Positions 48,044-56,353 of a DNA stretch of 64,000 bases are shown here, piece by piece; position 1 is the first letter of the stretch; each line of letters opens with the position of its first letter. The stretch covers positions 5,369-69,368 of the forward strand of contig JAWXTJ010000006.1 of assembly GCA_044433665.1 (NCBI GenBank). The letters run 5' to 3'. Below the pieces are notes generated by a model. The model saw only the letters and a program-made list of their open reading frames with translations. It did no database searches and was not told the origin of the DNA. Both the position numbers and the translations under genes were made by a program. Origin of the DNA: Rikenellaceae bacterium. Its GTDB lineage: Bacteria > Bacteroidota > Bacteroidia > Bacteroidales > Rikenellaceae.

Positions 48044-49563
48044 TTTTTTGTGCGTGTTATGATTTTATTTACTGTACTTTTGAGTAATCCTTTTTCGTAG
48101 TTGTTAATAGAAAAAAGCCAAAATAGAGGTAGGTAGATAACTGAAAATAGCGTTGCTGCGATTGCGAATTGACCAATTGTTTGCACGCAGAATATATTGT
48201 TTAGATAGCCACCGAGAGCAAGTAAAATAGCTGGAATAATCGACATCTTGCCAATTTCACGCCAAAAATTGATAATATCAATTTTGATTTTAGTGTGATA
48301 ATATATATTCATTATGATAATTTGGCCAGTAATTAGCGCTGCTGCTGTAGCAATTGCACATCCCATACCACCGTAGCGAGGAGCCAAAATGACGGATAGA
48401 ATCAAACTTAATAGAGCAATACAAAGATAGAGCACAGAGCGGAATTTCATGCGATTTTGAGCTTGAAGGATAGTGATACCTAAATTTTGAATTAGAGGAA
48501 TGGTGAGCGGAATAAAAAATAGAAGGGCGATGTAGTATGCTTGGTCGTAATCTGCACCTGCCCACAGAGTTATAAATGGTCTACCGAGTAGGATAAATCC
48601 CGTGAGAATAAACGCCATCACAGAGTATTGAATCCTGCCTGTTTTTATAAATAGGTCTGAAATCTCGGCTTGGCAATCTCCTTTGGTTACCATTGCTGTA
48701 ACCTTAGGCAAGAAAACTCCAGATATTGCAGTTGAGAAGAGCATATATAATTGTTGCAATTGAATCGCAACAGAGTAGATTGCAACGGACACGGCACCTT
48801 TATAAATACCTAATATAAACTGCCCTGAGCTCCAATATATTTTGTCCATGATGGCATTTAGGAAGATCCAAAAGGAGTATATAAATATCTCTTTGAAAAA
48901 ATACCATTTAAACTTGCCGTAGATAATTTTTATATGTAGTTTGTTGCGACAATACCACCAATTTATAAGTAGGGTAGTGAGGTTGAAGATTGTTGTAATG
49001 ATGACCAGCGCAATAGCTTTATAACCCATTAGCAATACAATCACCATCACAGGCGGATTAAGTATCATTCGAATTATACAGACAACACGCTGAAAAATAA
49101 AATCTTCATAAGCAGTGATAATAGATCCAAAGATTGAAAGCGGAAAAGTAAAGGCAAGATTTAGCGACATAAGAATAATTATAATTCTCATCTTTTCAAC
49201 CTCTTCACCATTCATTGTATCTCCAAAGAGAGCTTGGGTGTTGAGCATCAAAGCAAGACCAGCAAGGAGTGCAATGGCTCCAATGCCAATATATAGCCTA
49301 AGGAACATCCCAAACATTTCATATTGATCTTGAAGTCTCCCTTCGGCACGAAATTTAGCAGTGTATCTGATTATAGCATTTCCAAAACCAAGATCAAGAA
49401 GTGTAAGGTATGCAATCAGCGACGCAGCTAGAGAGTATAATCCATACTCCACCTGCCCCAGCGTCCTTAACATAAATGGAGTGTAGATCACACCAATAAG
49501 AATGTTAAAAACGATGATAATATATGAAAGTGCAGCTCCTGCTTTTAGTTGATTTATGCCCAT
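48040..49563 (-). CDS. wzx: Wzx-type oligosaccharide flippase (polysaccharide biosynthesis protein family)
   Basis: 507 aa with about 12-14 TM helices and a MOP-superfamily-like layout. Confidence 0.7.
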   Translation of the reverse strand: MGINQLKAGAALSYIIIVFNILIGVIYTPFMLRTLGQVEYGLYSLAASLIAYLTLLDLGFGNAIIRYTAKFRAEGRLQDQYEMFGMFLRLYIGIGAIALLAGLALMLNTQALFGDTMNGEEVEKMRIIIILMSLNLAFTFPLSIFGSIITAYEDFIFQRVVCIIRMILNPPVMVIVLLMGYKAIALVIITTIFNLTTLLINWWYCRNKLHIKIIYGKFKWYFFKEIFIYSFWIFLNAIMDKIYWSSGQFILGIYKGAVSVAIYSVAIQLQQLYMLFSTAISGVFLPKVTAMVTKGDCQAEISDLFIKTGRIQYSVMAFILTGFILLGRPFITLWAGADYDQAYYIALLFFIPLTIPLIQNLGITILQAQNRMKFRSVLYLCIALLSLILSVILAPRYGGMGCAIATAAALITGQIIIMNIYYHTKIKIDIINFWREIGKMSIIPAILLALGGYLNNIFCVQTIGQFAIAATLFSVIYLPLFWLFSINNYEKGLLKSTVNKIITRTKK

Positions 49564-49606
49564 TTTTTCTGGTTTGTATTTAAGAAAGGTTCACTTCGAA
49601 TTGGGT

Positions 49607-49712
49607 TTAAATGCCTTTAGGCATTTAATGAATTTTAGGGGTTAAGGAGTTTGCAAATTTATTTGCGGAACTCCTTAATTTCTAAAATCATCTAGCTTTA
49701 AAAAAGCTAGAT
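49607..49712. repeat. Three consecutive unrelated palindromic hairpins in the spacer upstream of wzx
   Basis: H1 49607-49628 ttaaatgcc/ggcatttaa. H2 49632-49688 attttag..ttaaggagtt(t)gcaaat / atttgc(gg)aactccttaa..ctaaaat. H3 49690-49712 atctagctt/aagctagat. Confidence 0.7.
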
Positions 49713-49798
49713 GCCCAATATCGCAAGAGGAGAGTGCACCAGCGGGGGTGCTATCCCCGCCCGTCGGAGACAGTCCGCAACGTAAGAAACTATAAACC
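49710..49798. other. Conserved-end block A, unknown element or sRNA candidate, paralogous to 61801-61928
   Basis: Shares GATGC..CG(C/T)AAGAG at one end and CCGCCCG..CAGTC(C/T)G(C/A)AACGTAAGAA..ACTATAAA at the other with block B. The middles differ. Confidence 0.35.
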
Positions 49799-49807
49799 AT
49801 CCTACAC

Positions 49808-49843
49808 AAAAGACCAATAAACAGGATTATTTATTGGTCTTTT
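49808..49843. terminator. Bidirectional terminator hairpin downstream of the HAD-like gene
   Basis: aaaagaccaataaa-caggatta-tttattggtctttt. Confidence 0.7.
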
Positions 49844-49851
49844 ATTCGTTT

Positions 49852-50286
49852 TTATTTGTTGCTCCAGCCTGAAAGTCTCTCTTTGAGAGTGAGCTTTCTT
49901 GGTTTTGCTTCCGATCTATAATCTGATGGAATTGGTTTAAGATGTCTTCGGCTGCTTACCATCTGATAAATCACGCCCCAACCTGGGAGCCCACCAAGGC
50001 TACGATCATCTATAAATAGATCAGCTTTCACCTTTCTCGAAAAGCCTCTCTCTCCGCCAACCTCTTCTGGAAAGTCACGATTAATAGCGTAAAACTCTAC
50101 TCCCCGCTGACGACACCACTCTACAGCCTCATCTAAAAGTTCTCCTTCGCGAACTGTCCAAAGTATCAAGCGATGTTGATCCTTTAGAAGTAACTTTAAT
50201 GTGTCAATTGCAAAAGGTATCTCTTCTCCAATTCTCGGATAACGGTGTTCGACTATTGTTCCGTCGAAATCTACAGCTATTACCAT
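49852..50286 (-). CDS. Small HAD-superfamily-like hydrolase
   Basis: 144 aa with N-terminal VIAVDFDGTIV (DxDGT nucleophile motif) and a later FIDD. Confidence 0.5.
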   Translation of the reverse strand: MVIAVDFDGTIVEHRYPRIGEEIPFAIDTLKLLLKDQHRLILWTVREGELLDEAVEWCRQRGVEFYAINRDFPEEVGGERGFSRKVKADLFIDDRSLGGLPGWGVIYQMVSSRRHLKPIPSDYRSEAKPRKLTLKERLSGWSNK

Positions 50287-50314
50287 ATTATCAAATAAAT
50301 TTTTCTGTTAGAGA

Positions 50315-50725
50315 TTATGGCCTATTGGCATAATCATCATTCTCTTTTTTAGTCAATTGCAGTATTGCAAAATATGAACATCCAAGCCCAACTTCCCCGA
50401 CAATCATATCTAAAATATTAAACTCTCGATAGGGTATAAGTGCCTGCAATAATTCCAAAGCAATAACAAATGTAGTGCCAATCAAAAACCAAGATCGGTG
50501 TTGAAACTTAGATCCATATATGTAACATCCAAAAAACATCCAAGGTGTGTAGACTAAAAAGTGCATTACATAGTCACCTAGTTCTCCATATCCAATTGGA
50601 TTATGAATCCCAGTGTCACCTGGAGAGTAAACCATAGCAGCAATCAATAATATTAGATAAACTGAAAATGTGTATTTATTAAATAAAAATTTCATACTTA
50701 ATGCTAAAGTTAACTCTCTGTACAC
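50315..50725 (-). CDS. VanZ-like membrane protein
   Basis: 136 aa with four TM segments and LELLQALIPYREFNILDMIVGEVG, resembling the VanZ signature. Confidence 0.55.
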   Translation of the reverse strand: MYRELTLALSMKFLFNKYTFSVYLILLIAAMVYSPGDTGIHNPIGYGELGDYVMHFLVYTPWMFFGCYIYGSKFQHRSWFLIGTTFVIALELLQALIPYREFNILDMIVGEVGLGCSYFAILQLTKKENDDYANRP

Positions 50726-50734
50726 TTAATAATC

Positions 50735-53173
50735 TTATTTTTTCTCCTCTGGCTCGTTACCATATCCGTAACCATAGCCATATTGAGCACCATAACCATA
50801 TCCATACTTGTTACCGTAACCATATTTATTACCATAACCATAGTAACCGTAACGACGCTTACGAAGGTCAACATCATTGATTACTGTAGATAGATTTGGA
50901 ACTTTATTATTGTGATATAGCTCGTTGATGAAGCGGTAATCAGACTTGTTCGAGTAGTTTGCACGACAAACGTATATTGAAATGTCAGCTACACGAGCAA
51001 TAATTTGAGTATCGGTAATCATTCCGATAGGAGCAGTATCAAGGATAACATAATCGTAATTCTCTTTAAGAATCTCAATCGCCTTATCCAATGTGTCACG
51101 TGAAAGTAGCTCAGTTGGGTTTGGTGGGATTGTTCCACCAAAAAGTATTGACAGGTTCTCTGTAATCCCAGATGGTTGAATCAGCGACAATAAATCAATT
51201 GATGGATTCGATAAATAGTTGCTGATACCCTTAAGTTTACCCGACATACCAAAGGCTCTATTCAAACCAGGTTTACGAATATCCAAACCAACGATTACAA
51301 CTTTCTTACCCATAAGAGCTAAACTCAAGGCTAAGTTTGAAGAGGTAAAACTCTTACCCTCACCACTACATGTTGATGTAATTAAGGCAACTTTTTGATT
51401 CTCCTTGAACATAAAGAGCATATTGGTTCTCAGAGCACGGAAAGACTCTGCCATAATGTCATTTTTATTCTCTTGAACAACTATACTCTTGTTGTTTTCT
51501 GGGAACTCAATGCAGGTTGGAATATCCGCCAAGACAGGAACTGGAGTGATCTTTTCTATATCTGTGCGATCTTCAATCTTAAAGCTGAATAGATCTTTCA
51601 AATATACTATAGCCATAGGGATTCCCATTCCAAGAATTAATGCTATTAATATATACATCTTCTTGTTTGGGGATACAGGAGCATCTGAACCAAGAGGTTC
51701 ATTGAACATGCGAGCATTGTTCGCCGTTGATGCCAATGTTAAGGCATTCTCTTCACGCTTTTGTAGAAGCATCAAATAAAGCGTAGATTGAATCTCTTGT
51801 TGGCGTGCTATATTCATAAACTCCTTTTCCTTGGTTGGAGCACTGCTAATACGTCTTGCATAGACATTAGCCTCTGTCTCAATATCTTTTTGCGTTATCA
51901 AAAGACCCTCGTATACACTTGAAATAGTTGTGAGGACACTGTTGCGCATCGAGCTAATATTTGTATCAATATTAACAACAGCAGGGTTGTTTTCTGAAGA
52001 TGTTAAAAGCAGACGTTTACGCTCAAGAATAATTTCGTTGTAGTTGCCAATTAACTCAGTTAACTTATTATTTGTAAGACCTACATCGACTGGAAGAACC
52101 TCGTATTTATTTGCAGGATCAGTTGCATAATTATTCAAGAATTGAACCATGCGCATTTGCGTGCTGTTCTCTACTATACGTTGTTGGTAAGTAGAATTTC
52201 CCTGTAATGCTAACTCTGCCTCACTTTGAATATTGGTGATTCCAGCCTCTTTTTTGAAGTTCTCTAACTCGGTCTCAGTAATACCCAACTCTTGGTCGAT
52301 GATAATGATACGCTCACTAATGAACTCAGAGGTTTTCAGTGCAACTTCATTTTTGAAGTCGTTTGCATCTTGGTTGTATAGTTCGACTAGCTTGTTAATA
52401 AAGTCAACTCCACGTGCAACAGAACTTCCAGTAAAGGTAATATTTGCAATAGTTGTAGTTTTTGAACTTGCTGCGATAGCCAAGTTTTTAGAATAGCCTC
52501 TAGCTACAGCTATAGGATTCGAGATAGAGACAAGCAATTCATCATCTTCGCTCCATGTGGTTAGAGCCTCCTCTGAACCTTTATTGAAACTGAATGTTCC
52601 TTGTGGTGTAACAAGAACAGATGGGAATTTATCAAATGTTTTAGAGTATTCTACCTCTTCCTTATTTTCATCTAACATCGTTGCTACAACACTAAACTTA
52701 GTTGGAGATATAAGTTTAATTGATATGTCAGCCTTTCCTATTTCAGTTGCCTCTTCAGGTGACATCCATACATCTATTGGACTATTCTTATAAATATCTT
52801 CATTGCGGAAGATACCTCTTCTTGCATAGTTTATATATAGATTCTCACTAATAACAGTATTTTTAATAAGAGTTCTTGAACTTAAAATCTCTAGCTCATT
52901 ATCAAAGTTGTTTGTTACAGCAAAAAAACCTAAATTCTCCATGTCAAGCATGGAATTACTATGATTGTTTTGACTCTCGTGATCGATGATTACCGATGCC
53001 GTAACTTCATAAATAGGTGTTAATGTCTTTAAATAAAGATACATTCCTGCAATGAGTAAAAATACCGAAGCTACAAAATAGTACCAGTAGTTAAGGTATC
53101 TAAACAGCAGAGCAATAATATCAAAGCTCTCTTCGTTTTGTTCGTTCTGTTCGTTGAATAAATTCTCGTTCAT
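50735..53173 (-). CDS. wzc: Wzc-type polysaccharide co-polymerase / BY-kinase (GumC/EpsB family)
   Basis: 812 aa with a Wzz-like periplasmic domain between two TM helices, Walker A TSTCSGEGKSF, Walker B-like YVILDTAP, and a Tyr-rich C-terminal tail. Confidence 0.85.
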   Translation of the reverse strand: MNENLFNEQNEQNEESFDIIALLFRYLNYWYYFVASVFLLIAGMYLYLKTLTPIYEVTASVIIDHESQNNHSNSMLDMENLGFFAVTNNFDNELEILSSRTLIKNTVISENLYINYARRGIFRNEDIYKNSPIDVWMSPEEATEIGKADISIKLISPTKFSVVATMLDENKEEVEYSKTFDKFPSVLVTPQGTFSFNKGSEEALTTWSEDDELLVSISNPIAVARGYSKNLAIAASSKTTTIANITFTGSSVARGVDFINKLVELYNQDANDFKNEVALKTSEFISERIIIIDQELGITETELENFKKEAGITNIQSEAELALQGNSTYQQRIVENSTQMRMVQFLNNYATDPANKYEVLPVDVGLTNNKLTELIGNYNEIILERKRLLLTSSENNPAVVNIDTNISSMRNSVLTTISSVYEGLLITQKDIETEANVYARRISSAPTKEKEFMNIARQQEIQSTLYLMLLQKREENALTLASTANNARMFNEPLGSDAPVSPNKKMYILIALILGMGIPMAIVYLKDLFSFKIEDRTDIEKITPVPVLADIPTCIEFPENNKSIVVQENKNDIMAESFRALRTNMLFMFKENQKVALITSTCSGEGKSFTSSNLALSLALMGKKVVIVGLDIRKPGLNRAFGMSGKLKGISNYLSNPSIDLLSLIQPSGITENLSILFGGTIPPNPTELLSRDTLDKAIEILKENYDYVILDTAPIGMITDTQIIARVADISIYVCRANYSNKSDYRFINELYHNNKVPNLSTVINDVDLRKRRYGYYGYGNKYGYGNKYGYGYGAQYGYGYGYGNEPEEKK

Positions 53174-53194
53174 GATATTTTGTATAATGTACTG

Positions 53195-53992
53195 TTATAA
53201 TAGAATTGAGACTAGTAGTGTCGCAAGTGATACTGTTGTGCTTACTACCGAGAACCAAATTGTTGTACTGCTACTAATTCCAGCTGTTTTCGCCTTAGAT
53301 TTATTTGGTGTTACATAAAGAACATCGTTTTGTTGTAGGTAGTAATAAGGTGATGCAATAATATCTGGATTAGTAATATCTAATTCGACAACTTTACGCT
53401 CGCCTAAGTGGTCTTCTCTTACAAGTTTTACGTTTGTACGTTGTCCATAGATAGACATATCACCTGCCATTGCTAATGCTTCAAGTATTGTTACTTTTTC
53501 ATTGTCAATAGTGAAAGTTCCAGGTTTGCTCACCTCTCCCAAAACAGAGATATTGTAGTTTGTCATTCGAACACTTACGATAGGTGTCTCTTTTAGGTAA
53601 ATTTTCAACTCTTCCTTTATAAGATCTTCTGCTTGACCTTTTGTTAAACCACCAACTTTAATTGCTCCAATGATGGGGAAATCAATATATCCCTCATTAC
53701 TTACAAGGTACTTTTGGAGAGCTGGCTGAGATGTTGATGATTGGTTTGTTGATGATGTAACAAGTGTAGGTACAGTCAAATTAAAAGGTATTGCTACTGT
53801 TGGATCACTTGTACTAACAGTAATTGTAATAAGATCCTTAGGCATGATTACAGCATCATACAATGAAATTTCTGTACCTGTTGTGTAGTCATCAGAACCC
53901 TGTAAATAAGGCACTTGCATATAAGCCTTGCTACAGCTTGTAATAAATGCAGCAAACGTTACTAATAGCAATAAATAAAATCTTTTTTGCAT
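53195..53992 (-). CDS. wza: Wza-type polysaccharide export outer-membrane lipoprotein
   Basis: 265 aa with lipobox ITSC and Poly_export/SLBB-like segments (GYIDFPIIGAIKVGGLT, GEVSKPGTF). Confidence 0.75.
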   Translation of the reverse strand: MQKRFYLLLLVTFAAFITSCSKAYMQVPYLQGSDDYTTGTEISLYDAVIMPKDLITITVSTSDPTVAIPFNLTVPTLVTSSTNQSSTSQPALQKYLVSNEGYIDFPIIGAIKVGGLTKGQAEDLIKEELKIYLKETPIVSVRMTNYNISVLGEVSKPGTFTIDNEKVTILEALAMAGDMSIYGQRTNVKLVREDHLGERKVVELDITNPDIIASPYYYLQQNDVLYVTPNKSKAKTAGISSSTTIWFSVVSTTVSLATLLVSILL

Positions 53993-54013
53993 ATCTAAAT
54001 ATTATTAATTTTT

Positions 54014-55408
54014 CTAAAACGCTTTATCATCCTTTTGAGCTATAACATTAGCTACAGTCTTATATATAATGTATAGGTCAAGCATAAATGTCCAGTGCTC
54101 CATATACCATATGTCAGCTTTCACACGACCCTCCATCTCTGAGAGTTCTTTCGTTTCACCTCTAAACCCTGTAACTTGAGCCCATCCTGTAACACCTGGT
54201 TTCACGAAGTGACGAACCATATATGTATCAATGAGTTTCGAGTACTCTTCGGTATGTTTTATCATATGAGGACGTGGCCCTACAATTGACATCTGACCTA
54301 TAAATACATTGAGAAATTGAGGTAATTCATCAATGCTTGTTTTGCGCATAAACTCTCCGATCTTCGTTACGCGTGGATCTCCTTTAGTGGCTTGCTTCGT
54401 ATTAGCATCAGCGCTATTTTTCATTGAACGGAATTTAAGACATTTAAACTCTCTGCCATCCAATCCATGTCTTTTTTGACTAAAGAAAATAGGTCCTTTA
54501 GAGGTTGCTTTAATCAATATTCCAAATATTAGCAATATTATTGGAAATAGTGTAACTAAAAAGATACCAGAGAAGATTACATCAGCTATTCGTTTGATAC
54601 ATCTATTGTCTAATTTTGCCAATGGCTCTGGGTGAATAGAGAGTACAGGAGTATTACTAAATTGTTCAAGATTCACTCGACGACTAAGATAATTGCGTAA
54701 ATTAGGCACACTATAAAAGCGGGTCAAATGACGTTCACAATGAGTAATTATTGGAACAATAATGTCTTTCATTGCAGACGGAAGCGAACAATATAGGCGT
54801 TGCACTTCATGTTTTTCAAGATATGAAACAACATCTTCACATTTGCCAAGATATTCCGCTTCAAACTTTTCATTCTGCTCCGTATCAAAATATCCTAAGA
54901 CTCTATATCCCGTCTCGTTGTTGACCATCTCTTTGTATAGCTCACGAATATTACTTTTGCTGCCAACAAAGACTACATCACAAGATTGCCCACCACGTCG
55001 GCGAGCCCCTTTAAGTAAACCTTGATAACACAATCTAAATGCAGAAATTGCTAAAAATGTAAGTGTAATTAGTGTTGCAATTGATTGCGTCATGCTCCAA
55101 GAAAACTTAAAGTCTGTAGATGATGCCCAAAGTGAGATAAACCAAATAATAGTAAATCCGATAATGTTTTTAGCTACGGATGTCACAATTTGGTCTGCAC
55201 GCACACGTCGGCGATGCAGTTTAACACCTCCAAACGTCGTAACGCTTACTAGATAGCATAGTGTCAGAATGATATAGTGTTGAGGAGTCTCCCACAACAG
55301 AGCAAAATCATTTGGGAATGACAATATACTAAATAGAAAATTTAAAATAACAATATCTACTATTATTACACTTCCAATAATAAACTTACTCTCTTTATCT
55401 GGTTCCAT
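54014..55408 (-). CDS. Undecaprenyl-phosphate hexose-1-phosphate transferase (WbaP/WcaJ-like initiating sugar transferase)
   Basis: 464 aa with N-terminal TM helices and a C-terminal bacterial sugar transferase domain (KFRSM, DELPQFLNV, SIVGPRP). Confidence 0.85.
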   Translation of the reverse strand: MEPDKESKFIIGSVIIVDIVILNFLFSILSFPNDFALLWETPQHYIILTLCYLVSVTTFGGVKLHRRRVRADQIVTSVAKNIIGFTIIWFISLWASSTDFKFSWSMTQSIATLITLTFLAISAFRLCYQGLLKGARRRGGQSCDVVFVGSKSNIRELYKEMVNNETGYRVLGYFDTEQNEKFEAEYLGKCEDVVSYLEKHEVQRLYCSLPSAMKDIIVPIITHCERHLTRFYSVPNLRNYLSRRVNLEQFSNTPVLSIHPEPLAKLDNRCIKRIADVIFSGIFLVTLFPIILLIFGILIKATSKGPIFFSQKRHGLDGREFKCLKFRSMKNSADANTKQATKGDPRVTKIGEFMRKTSIDELPQFLNVFIGQMSIVGPRPHMIKHTEEYSKLIDTYMVRHFVKPGVTGWAQVTGFRGETKELSEMEGRVKADIWYMEHWTFMLDLYIIYKTVANVIAQKDDKAF

Positions 55409-55826
55409 AATAATTATTATATTTAAAAGTTTTCGCCAAAAAATAAAAAAGTTTAACCCTATTATACATCCCTACCTTCAAACCTGCCGAGTTGACTAGT
55501 TTGTCAATTAGTAGGTTTAATTTCTAAATTTATCACATTTATATCCTTTTTATTTGAATATTGATAATATCTAGATGAGTTTAAGATACTCCCCATACAA
55601 AAAAAGGTGTTTTAAACCGACGTAAAGGTAGTAAAGATATTTATCTAATCCAACTTTTTTGGCTTAATTAATAGTGTGTTTACAACAATATAAGTGCATC
55701 TTTTTTTAAATATCAGAATATAAGCATTTTATAACAACCTTTTTATTATAGATAAAATTAATAAATTTATAAAAACAATTAATTATTTTACACTGCTTAA
55801 GTGTGTGGTTTATTAGATGATATATT

Positions 55827-55887
55827 TATAAACAAATAACTACGGTCATTAATTATTAAAATTAACGACCGTAGTTATTTGTTTATA
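55827..55887 (-). terminator. Long hairpin (21+5 bp stem) downstream of the secA / dCMP-deaminase unit
   Basis: tataaacaaataactacggtc...gaccgtagttatttgtttata, 24 nt after the stop at 55911. Confidence 0.6.
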
Positions 55888-55910
55888 GAAAAAGTAAGTG
55901 GTTACTCAAC

Positions 55911-56345
55911 TTAATCAATCTTACAGAATACACACTCTATTCCAACCCTATCTAATAAATCAGGGCCATCCTCACAGTGATATTTATCTGAGTAAACAAC
56001 TCGTTTAATCCCTGCTTGAATAATCAACTTTGCGCATTCGATGCAGGGCGAAGTTGTAACATATAGAGTAGCCCCTTGGCAATTATTTGCACTTTTAGCC
56101 ACTTTAGTTATTGCATTTGCTTCTGCATGAAGGACATAAGCCTTGGTTTTACCCGTTGTGTCATCTTCGCAGATATTTTCAAAACCAGATGGCGTACCAT
56201 TGTAACCATCCGAGATAATCATTTGATCTTTGACAATTAGTGCACCTACTTGTCGACGCACGCAATATGAGTTCTCAGCCCATATTGCGGCCATGCGCAA
56301 GTAACGTTGATCCAATAATCGTTGCTTTTGCTCTTGATAACCCAT
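55911..56345 (-). CDS. dCMP deaminase (ComEB-type cytidine/deoxycytidylate deaminase)
   Basis: 144 aa with zinc motifs HAEANAI and PCIECAKLI. Confidence 0.85.
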   Translation of the reverse strand: MGYQEQKQRLLDQRYLRMAAIWAENSYCVRRQVGALIVKDQMIISDGYNGTPSGFENICEDDTTGKTKAYVLHAEANAITKVAKSANNCQGATLYVTTSPCIECAKLIIQAGIKRVVYSDKYHCEDGPDLLDRVGIECVFCKID

Positions 56346-56353
56346 TGCAAAAA

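Noticed and set aside
49631-49689. Treating hairpin H2 upstream of wzx as a fourth, miniature copy of the 160-bp MITE
   Set aside because: Only short patches are similar (taatttct, aaaat, ggagtt) and their order relative to the termini is inverted. This is not enough to claim homology.
49741-49790. Resemblance of GTCGGAGAC...CAGTCCGCAACGTAAG to the cobalamin riboswitch B12 box / CCCGCAAC core, and of GGAGAGTGCACC to a glycine riboswitch
   Set aside because: The order of the motifs is wrong for a cobalamin riboswitch and the other conserved cores are missing. The paralogous block B does not keep these sub-motifs, and the gene context does not fit.
49785-49800. Block A's ggtttatag (minus strand) as a remnant of a radC-like 3' end
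   Set aside because: The similarity to the radC terminus (ggaattttatag) covers only about 12 nt, and a terminator hairpin lies directly upstream. Too weak to call a pseudogene.
55409-55910. Invertible promoter upstream of the polysaccharide operon
   Set aside because: No pair of inverted repeats flanks a 150-250 bp segment. The only large inverted repeat is a tight hairpin that works as the upstream operon's terminator.
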